Part shown: positions 17,708 through 25,728 of the stretch, one piece after another | Numbering within the stretch: position 1 is the first letter of the stretch | Layout: every line of letters starts with the position of its first letter | Assembly (NCBI GenBank): GCA_016840465.1 | Contig: JAEOSH010000011.1 | Location: 18,118-50,117, forward strand | Source: Candidatus Baldrarchaeum yapensis | GTDB taxonomy: Archaea > Asgardarchaeota > Baldrarchaeia > Baldrarchaeales > Baldrarchaeaceae | Length of the DNA stretch: 32,000 nt | Direction: 5' to 3' | Made by a program: the position numbers and the translations under genes | The notes under the pieces: model-generated | What the model was told of the DNA's origin: nothing | Database searches by the model: none | What the model saw: only the letters and a program-made list of their open reading frames with translations

Positions 17708-17797
17708 ACAGCCGCCCGCTCTGGCCAGGCTGAGCTACGGCCCGGGAGGATTTTCTTTTCTCTTCAGTTCCATCCTTATCTTTACATTAGTGTTGGG

Positions 17798-17811
17798 TTA
17801 ATATACTTTTT
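17798..17811 (-). promoter_or_regulatory. Putative BRE/TATA promoter for tRNA-Tyr
   Basis: Minus strand AAAAAG-TATATTAA about 55 nt upstream of tRNA position 1. Confidence 0.5.
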
Positions 17812-18164
17812 CTTGATGTAGGATGCAGAGGCTTTGCGATTTTATGGAGAGGTCTTGCCAATTAAGGGAGGAAATGATTATGGGTTTAAGCTTAGAGTTA
17901 ACGGCATAAGTGGCAGAGAGGGCGTTTAATGGTCGCTTGAGTTATTATTATTAGTGATTGCTTTAATCACGAAGAGAGGATTGCAAGGTTGATTAAAGGA
18001 TGATAGCTTACGGATCTAAGGGAGAACATAGGATTTTATATGGCGATGTAATGAGAGGTTGCGCTTTTAGAGGTCACACGTATTTTTGTGCGGTACTGTT
18101 TCATTTTGTAACTTAAGCCAACACATCTATATCATGTTGATACAATTCTCTAGCGGGTGGTAGG

Positions 18165-18863
18165 ATGGAGTTGTGCATTTTGATAGATAATGCGGTTGCA
18201 AGACCCAAGGTGAGGAGCTGTTGGGGTTTGTCTATTGTGGGCGTTCATGCGGGGAGACAGTTTATTTTTGATGTTGGTCCCTCAATAAGCATTTTAAGAC
18301 ACAATGCCTCGGTTATGGGAATAGATTTGAGGAAGATGTCGTTTGTCGTGATAAGTCATTGGCATGCGGATCACAGCGGTGCCCTTTCGGAGTTTGTGAA
18401 GGAGTTTTGTCCTGGGTGTCCGGTTTATGTTCCCAGGCTGACGTGGGGTTCGGTGGTTCCGGAGGATTATATTGAGGTTAGGGAGGGGCGGAAGATAGCG
18501 CCAGGGGTTTACACCACTGGTTGTGTACCGCCGTTAGAGTTCTGCGAACAGGCCCTTGTGATCATGACGGAAGTTGGTGCATGTGTTTTGACGGGGTGTT
18601 CACATCCGGGTCTTCTTAGGATATTGGAGGCGGCGCGTGAGGTTTGTGGGGAGAACGTGTATGCCATTATTGGGGGTTTTCACGGATTTGGTTCGAGCGA
18701 GGCGGAGAGGGAGGCCTTTATGAGATTTATTAGGGAGAACGGCACGGAGCTTGTGTGTCCATGTCATTGCAGCGGGGGTGCGATAATAAGGTTTTTGGAG
18801 AGGAGGATGCCGGAGGTGTTGGTGGAGGGCGGTGTTGGCCGAGTTATAAGGATACCTAGATGA
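18165..18863 (+). CDS. MBL-fold hydrolase, COG1237 family (dihydropterin/methanopterin-pathway-like)
   Basis: FIFDVG, SHWHADHSG, EQALV, GCSHPG, GGFHG, PCHCSG. Confidence 0.8.
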   Translation: MELCILIDNAVARPKVRSCWGLSIVGVHAGRQFIFDVGPSISILRHNASVMGIDLRKMSFVVISHWHADHSGALSEFVKEFCPGCPVYVPRLTWGSVVPEDYIEVREGRKIAPGVYTTGCVPPLEFCEQALVIMTEVGACVLTGCSHPGLLRILEAAREVCGENVYAIIGGFHGFGSSEAEREAFMRFIRENGTELVCPCHCSGGAIIRFLERRMPEVLVEGGVGRVIRIPR

Positions 18864-19458
18864 TGCCTGTTACTAAGAGCGTTCCGAGTGTTATGAATAT
18901 CGCGGCCGACAGTATTCTTATGTTTCTTTCGCCTATTTTCTCGCTGAGGGTTTTTCCGGCGATTGCGGTTATTCCGTTGATTGTGGCGAATGCGAGGACC
19001 GCACCTGTTATTACCATGAGTGGGTGGAGGAAGGTGGCGAAGATGAGGACCGAGATCCAAGTTTTATCGCCGATTTCAGACAAAAATGTAATTATGAAAG
19101 AAGAGATTATGACCGAGGCTGCAGTTGTCACCTCCCCCTTATCATTGCGGGTGGGGGGACCTTCCGTGCTTTTGTCTTTTTGACTTATTGCTGATTTAAG
19201 TGTTGCCAGTCCCATGAGGATGAACACTACTCCGCCTATCTTTTTCAACAGCGTATAGTCCGCAACTATGGATGCGATGCTTCCAATGCAGACGCCAATT
19301 ACTGTTGTGGCCGTTAATGCTAGGAACACGCCGATGAACACGTGCAAGCTACTTCTATACTTTCCCACGAGGGCGAGGGTAGCTAACCACGTCTTGTCCC
19401 CAAGCTCATCGATTGCCACTACCAAGAATACGATTAATGTGCTGAAGAGCTCTTCCAT
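18856..19458 (-). CDS. TMEM165/GDT1 (UPF0016) Ca2+/Mn2+ transporter
   Basis: Two copies of the family motif (ELGDKT, EIGDKT); about 6 TM helices. Confidence 0.9.
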   Translation of the reverse strand: MEELFSTLIVFLVVAIDELGDKTWLATLALVGKYRSSLHVFIGVFLALTATTVIGVCIGSIASIVADYTLLKKIGGVVFILMGLATLKSAISQKDKSTEGPPTRNDKGEVTTAASVIISSFIITFLSEIGDKTWISVLIFATFLHPLMVITGAVLAFATINGITAIAGKTLSEKIGERNIRILSAAIFITLGTLLVTGII

Positions 19459-19466
19459 GGGCGTCC

Positions 19467-20027
19467 CTATCCCTTGTGGGTTCTCTTAAGCATCTCGTTG
19501 ATGAGCATGTTGAAGGCTTCGGAAACGTTGTATCCTGTCTTTGCGCTTGTTTCCACGTATTTAGAGAGGTTTAACTCTTTTACTGCGTTTTCTCCTGCGC
19601 TTTCCGGAACCTTTCTCAGATCATTCATGTCGATCTTATTTCCGACCAGTATTATTGGTATGTTCTTGTCATAAGCCTCCTCTCTCAGCATATCTATCCA
19701 TTCAGGTATCTTTTCGAGGGTGTCGGGGTTTGTAACGTCGAAAACTGCGAGTGCGCCATGTGCTCCCCTTATTATGTTGCGAATGTGCCTAATAAATAGG
19801 TTCTTGAATTTTTCCTGTCCGCCGAGATCCCATATTTGCAGTTTTATCAGTTTGTCTCCCATGGGTATCGGTTTTGTTAAAATGTCAACTCCAATTGTTG
19901 GCTTGTATTCTACGTCGAAGTATCCGTGGGCGTACCTTCTGCAGAGAGAAGTCTTGCCGACCCCCCATTCTCCCACTATCACAACTTTTCTTAGGATTTT
20001 TGTCTTCTTTTCTTCACCTAAGGACAT
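19467..20027 (-). CDS. Rab-like small GTPase (Ras superfamily)
   Basis: GEWGVGKT, YKPTIGVD, KLQIWDLGGQ, GNKID, ETSAKTG. Likely start ATG 20027 (the ORF extends to 20045). Confidence 0.93.
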   Translation of the reverse strand: MSLGEEKKTKILRKVVIVGEWGVGKTSLCRRYAHGYFDVEYKPTIGVDILTKPIPMGDKLIKLQIWDLGGQEKFKNLFIRHIRNIIRGAHGALAVFDVTNPDTLEKIPEWIDMLREEAYDKNIPIILVGNKIDMNDLRKVPESAGENAVKELNLSKYVETSAKTGYNVSEAFNMLINEMLKRTHKG

Positions 20028-20054
20028 CTTGACTCCCCGAATCATATTTTTTAA

Positions 20055-20630
20055 GTGGGAGAGGGAACAGTTGTTGAACGATGCACATGCGTTCTTTTAC
20101 GTGATGAGCAATTAATATTTGTTGTTACTCGAGTGTTGCAGAACGGTGGGGTGGAAGCCTTGGGAGTGAGCGAAAAGGAGGTCGCAAAGAAGGCATTTAC
20201 GGAAGTATTGAGCGAGTTAGGCTTCAGGATCGAGGAGCCCAAGGTTAGTGGCGCAGATGTTTACGCGGTGAACGGCGATGAGTTGTATGTGATTCTTTCC
20301 GATAAGTGGGGCGAGAAAGTAAGGGAGGAGTTTAAGAGGTTTGAAGAACTTCAGGGTACTGTGAAGCGGGGCTATTGTGCGATAGTCCTGTACTTTGACG
20401 CTCAGAAATCGATGTTAAGCGAGAGGGATCTTGATGACGCCCGAAGAGAAGCCGCATTGCATAGGGTCAACCTGATAGGATTTGAAGTTACTGGGAAAAA
20501 AGTATTTCCAATTGCGCTTTCATTTAAGGGAGCCCCTGACGCTCTCGTTTCTCGCATGATGAAGGATAGGCTCTTTGAGGCATCGATTCGCCATCATGCG
20601 ACCCTTTACCGGAAGTCTTCGGAGAAGTAA
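20055..20630 (+). CDS. Hypothetical protein, possible restriction-endonuclease-like (PD-(D/E)xK) fold
   Basis: ELGFRIEE...GADVYAVNGDELYVI pattern. The real start may be about 20151-20166. The fold guess is weak. Confidence 0.5.
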   Translation: MGEGTVVERCTCVLLRDEQLIFVVTRVLQNGGVEALGVSEKEVAKKAFTEVLSELGFRIEEPKVSGADVYAVNGDELYVILSDKWGEKVREEFKRFEELQGTVKRGYCAIVLYFDAQKSMLSERDLDDARREAALHRVNLIGFEVTGKKVFPIALSFKGAPDALVSRMMKDRLFEASIRHHATLYRKSSEK

Positions 20631-21172
20631 AGATTTGGGTTCATGCGTGGGACTAATGCCATAAGTACGGCTATTTCTGTCAATCTCTGGCGGTTCATTA
20701 GATTCTTCGAAAGAAAGCCGATTGCTCCTTGTTTTTTCCCGAGGTTCTTTACGCCTGATATTTCATCCATGATGTTTCCTACTTCTTCTCCCCGTTCAAG
20801 TACTCGCTTTACCACGATGGGCGGGTACTCGAAGCCAGGGCCAGCACCTATGGTTATGGTACCTTTGTCATCGCAGATTGCACAAAACTGCACATCGACA
20901 TATCCGGTGATCGTAAATGGCATCTTCACTAGTCCCGCTTCTATCCCGACGCCAAATTTTGCACCGTTTACCACTCGAATAGCATTCTTGGCTCTATTTA
21001 CTGCGCCCTTTATCGTGGCCTCTAGACCTACAGGTTGTGAGCCCACACCTGACTCTACAGATACGGGAACCGCAATTATGTCCTCATGTAGGACCTCTTG
21101 GAATACCTTTTTTACGGCATTTACCTTTACGGGATTAGTTGAGCCTACTGCAACTACTATTGACATAATCAC
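20606..21172 (-). CDS. yjjX: Inosine/xanthosine triphosphatase
   Basis: VGSTNPVKV, SGVGSQP, GAVNRA, GIEAG, GAIGFLS, LMNRQRLT. Confidence 0.92.
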   Translation of the reverse strand: MIMSIVVAVGSTNPVKVNAVKKVFQEVLHEDIIAVPVSVESGVGSQPVGLEATIKGAVNRAKNAIRVVNGAKFGVGIEAGLVKMPFTITGYVDVQFCAICDDKGTITIGAGPGFEYPPIVVKRVLERGEEVGNIMDEISGVKNLGKKQGAIGFLSKNLMNRQRLTEIAVLMALVPRMNPNLYFSEDFR

Positions 21173-21197
21173 CGCCTTGTCTCCGACCTCCGAGGCA

Positions 21198-21770
21198 TTA
21201 ACTTATTACTAGCACCTTAAAAAGATCTATATTGAAGTACCCTTTCTTTCTCAGATCATCGAGACCCTTTAGGAGGTGTATTTTTATCCTTCTCGTGTAT
21301 TCGTCCTTCTTCATTTCCTCTTTTATCATATTAACCATTTCTATCAGACTTTGTGCATCTGCGAGCATTCCTGCAAAATCCTCAGACATTTTTATGAAAA
21401 TATCGGGGTTTGATATTCTTCCCTCCTCCACCTTGAATATTTTCTGCCCGTGGTGTTCAAATGTTTTTATGTAGATAGGGGTTCCACCGACAAGCATCTG
21501 TATGGCTATCTCGCTATCTCTAAACTTAAAAAGTACCTCTGGGGTGTTGAGTAGCATATTGAGACGCCCTTTCAGGGTGTATCTCCTAATTACTGGCACA
21601 TAGGCTGGTATCTCTATCGTTGGAGGAGCAGGTTGAGGTTTGATCTCCTTAACTTCAGGGAGTGGAGGTGTTCGAGTTGGTGGTGGCTGTATTGGTACCT
21701 CTTGAGTCTCCTGCCCCTCGGTGGGCTTCTTACTGACGAATTTCTTCAGCTTTTTGATAATGAATGACAT
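21198..21770 (-). CDS. Hypothetical protein: basic amphipathic N-terminus, Pro-rich linker, possible SCP2-like domain
   Basis: MSFIIKKLKKFVSKK; PIQPPPTRTPPLPEVKEIKPQPAPP; KVEEGRISNPDIFIKMSED. Confidence 0.6.
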   Translation of the reverse strand: MSFIIKKLKKFVSKKPTEGQETQEVPIQPPPTRTPPLPEVKEIKPQPAPPTIEIPAYVPVIRRYTLKGRLNMLLNTPEVLFKFRDSEIAIQMLVGGTPIYIKTFEHHGQKIFKVEEGRISNPDIFIKMSEDFAGMLADAQSLIEMVNMIKEEMKKDEYTRRIKIHLLKGLDDLRKKGYFNIDLFKVLVIS

Positions 21771-21869
21771 CGTTCACCACCAGTAAACCACACTCTCGTA
21801 AATTGAAAGACAGAACACTCGGTATATATTTTTGGCTCACTATTTTCGTGACAGGGCGTTCTACGCAGT

Positions 21870-22664
21870 TTAAGATTTTTGTTTTTCGAGCACATCTTTC
21901 ACCCGCTTCGAGATGAGATACGCGAAAACCGCCGCGTGCACCCCGTTATCTATATTTACAACCGCTAGTCCCGGAACGCAGGTTTGAAGCATCCCCATGA
22001 GGGCCGCGACGCCCCTTCCACCATAGCCGTATCCTGAGGATGATGGAACACCTATGACCGGAAGATCTACGAGGGACGCCACTATCGATGGGAGTGCGCC
22101 CTCCATGCCCGCTATCACTATTATTACGTCGACATCTTCCATTATCATTTTCTTTAACGCCGGAAACAGTCTATGGATCCCCGCTATTCCCACATCATAG
22201 GCTGTAACGGTATCACAACCCAGTTCTTCGGATATTACCCTTGCCTCCTCCGCCACAGGTATATCGCTCGTGCCAGCGGCTATTATACCTATCTTTCTCC
22301 CTATCTTTCTCGGCTTTGCATTCTTTCTCCTAACGATAACAATTCTTGCTTTTTCATGAACTTCTATCGTGTATTGATCCAATGGTATTTCTTTTAAGAT
22401 TGCGTCAATGTGCTCTTTCGATGCGCGCGATATTATTGCTCTTTCTTTCTCTTCAAGCACCTTTCTTACTATTAGTACTAAGTCTTCAGGAGATTTCCCC
22501 TCTGCAAGTATTATTTCCGGCGCTCCAGATCGCAATTCTCTAAGCACATCCATTTTCGCAATGTTTCCGATCTCGAGTATCTGTACGGCTTTTACCATCC
22601 GCTCGGCGCGCTCAATATCTATTTCCCCTCTAAGCAGTTTTTCCAGTATCTCCCGTATGCTCAA
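21870..22664 (-). CDS. larB: Nickel-pincer cofactor biosynthesis protein LarB
   Basis: PEIILAEGKS, AAGTSDIPVAEEA, DVGIAGIHR, AGMEGALPS, PVIGVPSS.GYG, VVNIDNG. Confidence 0.93.
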   Translation of the reverse strand: MSIREILEKLLRGEIDIERAERMVKAVQILEIGNIAKMDVLRELRSGAPEIILAEGKSPEDLVLIVRKVLEEKERAIISRASKEHIDAILKEIPLDQYTIEVHEKARIVIVRRKNAKPRKIGRKIGIIAAGTSDIPVAEEARVISEELGCDTVTAYDVGIAGIHRLFPALKKMIMEDVDVIIVIAGMEGALPSIVASLVDLPVIGVPSSSGYGYGGRGVAALMGMLQTCVPGLAVVNIDNGVHAAVFAYLISKRVKDVLEKQKS

Positions 22665-22744
22665 GGTCAGCCCTCCAGTACATTATTATACTTCGCGCGT
22701 TCTTTCAATATGATCACTATGACTCATCGAGGTGCTCACTATAA

Positions 22745-24010
22745 ATGCCGCCGCAGAAAATCTTACTGGTGGATTGCCGATCCGCGGGAATCTCGGGTGA
22801 TATGTTGCTCGGAGCGCTTATCGACCTCGGAGCAAATCGAAAATCGATATCCGAAACTCTAAATCTAATTCCTGACGTTGTTGAAACATGTAAAGAGTTT
22901 ATCATTGAGTTTAGAGAGGTCAGAAGAGGGGGAGTAAGAGCCCTAAGTGTGGTTTTCAGGTATGAGGATCAACGAAGTGAGATGTCCGGGGTCGATTTGA
23001 TAAATTATGTGAAGAAACTTTGTAAGATCTCTAATTTGAGCGAGCGGGCGGTGGATTTCTGCGAAAGAGTTGCGAACACAATTGTACATGCCGAGGCAAA
23101 AATACATGGTGCGGCTCCGAGGGATGTACACCTCCACGAACTCGGTAGTGTAGACACGATCGCGGATATTGTGGGAGTTGCATGTGCGTTGGACTCTTTA
23201 GGGGTCTTTAGCGGCGAGATCGCCATCTATGGAACTCCAGTTGCAATAGGTGGTGGTACTGTGAGGATCTCACACGGTGTCGTCAGCGTTCCCACGCCTG
23301 CCGTTTTGGAGATATTATCATCGAGGGCATATCCGTTCGTGGGTGGGCCCGTAGAGGGTGAGCTGACGACTCCTACGGGCGCGGCCCTCCTAGTAAATGT
23401 CGTTGAGAATATTGTCGATTTTTACCCCAGCATGGTGGTAGAGAGATACGGGTTTGGAGCAGGGTATAGGGACATTCGCGGATTAGTTAACGTGCTTAGA
23501 GCAGTCATCGGAAGGCTTTATGACGTTAGCGAGTTTCTTAGTGATAACGTTTGCGTTCTTGAAACGAATGTGGACGACGCAACAGGCGAGGTTATAGGCT
23601 ATCTTATTGAAAAGGTCATGGAGGCGGGCGCGAGAGACGCTTCTGCAATGCCCATCATTATGAAAAAAGGAAGGCCTGCTTATCTGTTGAGAGTAATCTG
23701 TGACCCTCATCTGGTAAACCGAATTACGCGAGTACTTATTGAGGAAAGCGGGACGCTTGGTGTCAGGATACTGAGGTATGTTGAGAGAAGAATACTGAAC
23801 AGGGAAATTATACCCATCTGCGTGACCATATATGGCAAAACGTTTGACGCGAGAGTGAAGGTTGCACGTGATTCACAAGGCAGAATTATAAGGATAAAGG
23901 CAGAGTATGAGGATGCACGCAATATATCAAGGAAGACGGGAGTGCCTCTGAGGGAGGCCATCAGGAGAATCGAGGAAGAGGCCAGGAGGATGTTAAAGAG
24001 TATTAAGTGA
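22745..24010 (+). CDS. larC: Nickel insertion protein LarC
   Basis: GISGDMLLGAL, AEAKIHG, VHLHELG..D, HGVVSVPTPA, ELTTPTGA, ETNVDD, TLGVR, EYED. Confidence 0.93.
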   Translation: MPPQKILLVDCRSAGISGDMLLGALIDLGANRKSISETLNLIPDVVETCKEFIIEFREVRRGGVRALSVVFRYEDQRSEMSGVDLINYVKKLCKISNLSERAVDFCERVANTIVHAEAKIHGAAPRDVHLHELGSVDTIADIVGVACALDSLGVFSGEIAIYGTPVAIGGGTVRISHGVVSVPTPAVLEILSSRAYPFVGGPVEGELTTPTGAALLVNVVENIVDFYPSMVVERYGFGAGYRDIRGLVNVLRAVIGRLYDVSEFLSDNVCVLETNVDDATGEVIGYLIEKVMEAGARDASAMPIIMKKGRPAYLLRVICDPHLVNRITRVLIEESGTLGVRILRYVERRILNREIIPICVTIYGKTFDARVKVARDSQGRIIRIKAEYEDARNISRKTGVPLREAIRRIEEEARRMLKSIK

Positions 24011-24590
24011 AGCGCTCTATTATTTTTTTCAGTAGTTCAAAGTCCTCACGCAATACTTCCCTCAGCGGGGGTTTGTATAGCGCGGTGGCGGGATGATACG
24101 TTGGTAGTAGTATGAAACGCATCTTAAGGGTATTTATGCGAAAGATCCTTCCCCTGACGCGACTTATGTTGGCCGGCTTGAGTCCAAATTTGGACATTAT
24201 GAATGTCGTGGCGTAGTTTCCAAGGGTGCATATTATTTTCGGGCGAATTATCTCAAGCTGTTTTTCAAGGTAAGGGGTACATGCTTTTATTTCCTCGGGA
24301 AGAGGATCCCTATTGTTGGGCGGGCGGCATTTGAGTACATTTGTTATATAAACATCTGATCTTTTCAAGTTTATATGCTCGAGCATTTGGTCAAGAACTC
24401 TCCCGGCCGCCCCACAGAACGGCCTTCCTTCCCTGTCCTCATTTGCGCCGGGAGCCTCCCCGATGAACATTACATACGTGTCGAGATTTCCTTCTCCAAT
24501 GACGACGTTGGTTCTTGTTTTCCACAGGGGGCACTTGCGGCAGTTCTTTATTTGATCTATGAGTTGATTCATCAGGCATGCCTTATCCAT
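24003..24590 (-). CDS. udg: Family 4 uracil-DNA glycosylase (4Fe-4S)
   Basis: CRKCPL, GEAPGANED, PFCGAAG, TNVLKCRPPNNR, YHPA. Confidence 0.95.
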   Translation of the reverse strand: MDKACLMNQLIDQIKNCRKCPLWKTRTNVVIGEGNLDTYVMFIGEAPGANEDREGRPFCGAAGRVLDQMLEHINLKRSDVYITNVLKCRPPNNRDPLPEEIKACTPYLEKQLEIIRPKIICTLGNYATTFIMSKFGLKPANISRVRGRIFRINTLKMRFILLPTYHPATALYKPPLREVLREDFELLKKIIERFT

Positions 24591-24726
24591 TGGGCACACC
24601 ACTTAGTACTACTCTTCGATCTTCATTTAAAGGCTCTTATCATGTATTTATCCACACCCATGCGTATCATGCAGAATAATACGAGTTTCTATGAATATTA
24701 ACTATGAATTGCTGCAGGTGCGGTTG

Positions 24727-25701
24727 CTACTTTATACCAAATGACAGCAATAACATCAACAGAATTAGAATCGTCACTGAGACCATAATTATGATTATTG
24801 CGAAATACTTCCTGTTTTCAACGATTGATGTAAATTTTGTCGCCTCTTTATGCGTTTGTTCTTGCTCAATATACATTTGCCTTAGTTTTTCCGTCAGAAT
24901 TCTAAGATTCTCGTAAACGAGTGCAAGCTTGTCCTCACCCGGTGTTCTGTTCGTTTCGGAGGCTATCATCTTTTTCACATCTTCTATCGTAAACTCCCCG
25001 AGCGATAATTTCCTCAGTATCTCCTCTGCAAGTGATGGTCGTTTTGTCAACGTCATGTATCCTCGAAACACAGCATACTCTATTATTTCCTTAACTTTAG
25101 ATAGGGGGAGCCCTAAGTACTTGGCAATAGAGGTTATTGTGAGAGAGCCATCTGCAATGCTAAGCACATCAATAGAGTCATGCCCGAATCTTGTTATTAA
25201 GTCTCTGTGAATGTCACTATCCCTTCTTAACACTTCTATGAGACTGCATTTACGCTTAGGGTATAAGCGTTCCGCGTCATGCTTACTTATCGATATAGGA
25301 ACTATCTTTGAGCGAGAGTTGAACTGTTCAGCAAGCATATCAATGTACTGTTCGAATGCTATGACCTCGGGAACCTTTCTTAGCACACCGCTGAAGAGGT
25401 AAAGTTTTCCCTCAAATCTTCTGAAGAACTCGGATATTACGAGATCAAGAAACTTCTCCCCCTCATATCCGCTTTTGTCATCCGTCGATACGACGAAAAG
25501 TAAGTTTCTGCGGACCTTAAACGTGAATGAGAAATGCCCCATGTCTATGTTACGGATTTCCGAGTGCCCCACCTCACGAGCAAAAATGTAAAGAGCGGTG
25601 AAAAAACCAGATATTAGATTCGGCTCTAACTGGAATCCTCCATAATTCCTGTGGATGAGACAAAGGCCGGAGGGATCAATTATCCATACCTCATAAATCA
25701 C
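24727..25701 (-). CDS. Longin-like domain + winged helix + coiled coil + C-terminal transmembrane helix protein
   Basis: N-terminal EVWIIDPSGLCLIHRNY...ISGFFTALYIFAREV is typical of Asgard longin-like domains. HTH-like DGSLTITSIAKYLGLPLSKVKEII; hydrophobic residues 299-321 at the extreme C-terminus. Confidence 0.7.
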   Translation of the reverse strand: MIYEVWIIDPSGLCLIHRNYGGFQLEPNLISGFFTALYIFAREVGHSEIRNIDMGHFSFTFKVRRNLLFVVSTDDKSGYEGEKFLDLVISEFFRRFEGKLYLFSGVLRKVPEVIAFEQYIDMLAEQFNSRSKIVPISISKHDAERLYPKRKCSLIEVLRRDSDIHRDLITRFGHDSIDVLSIADGSLTITSIAKYLGLPLSKVKEIIEYAVFRGYMTLTKRPSLAEEILRKLSLGEFTIEDVKKMIASETNRTPGEDKLALVYENLRILTEKLRQMYIEQEQTHKEATKFTSIVENRKYFAIIIIMVSVTILILLMLLLSFGIK

Positions 25702-25728
25702 ATCCCTACACCGTTTACCGAATTTTTC

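Larger units (their letters stand above)
17603..17744 (-). tRNA. tRNA-Tyr(GUA), CCA encoded, interrupted by 64 nt of intron sequence (interpreted as two introns)
   Basis: Acceptor stem CGGGCCG/CGGCCCG with C1:G72 and A73 (archaeal Tyr identity); D arm GCTC/GAGC; anticodon stem GGCGG/CCGCC; T arm CCGGG-TTCGAAT-CCCGG. The mature form is 78 nt with loop CUGUAGA. Confidence 0.93.
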
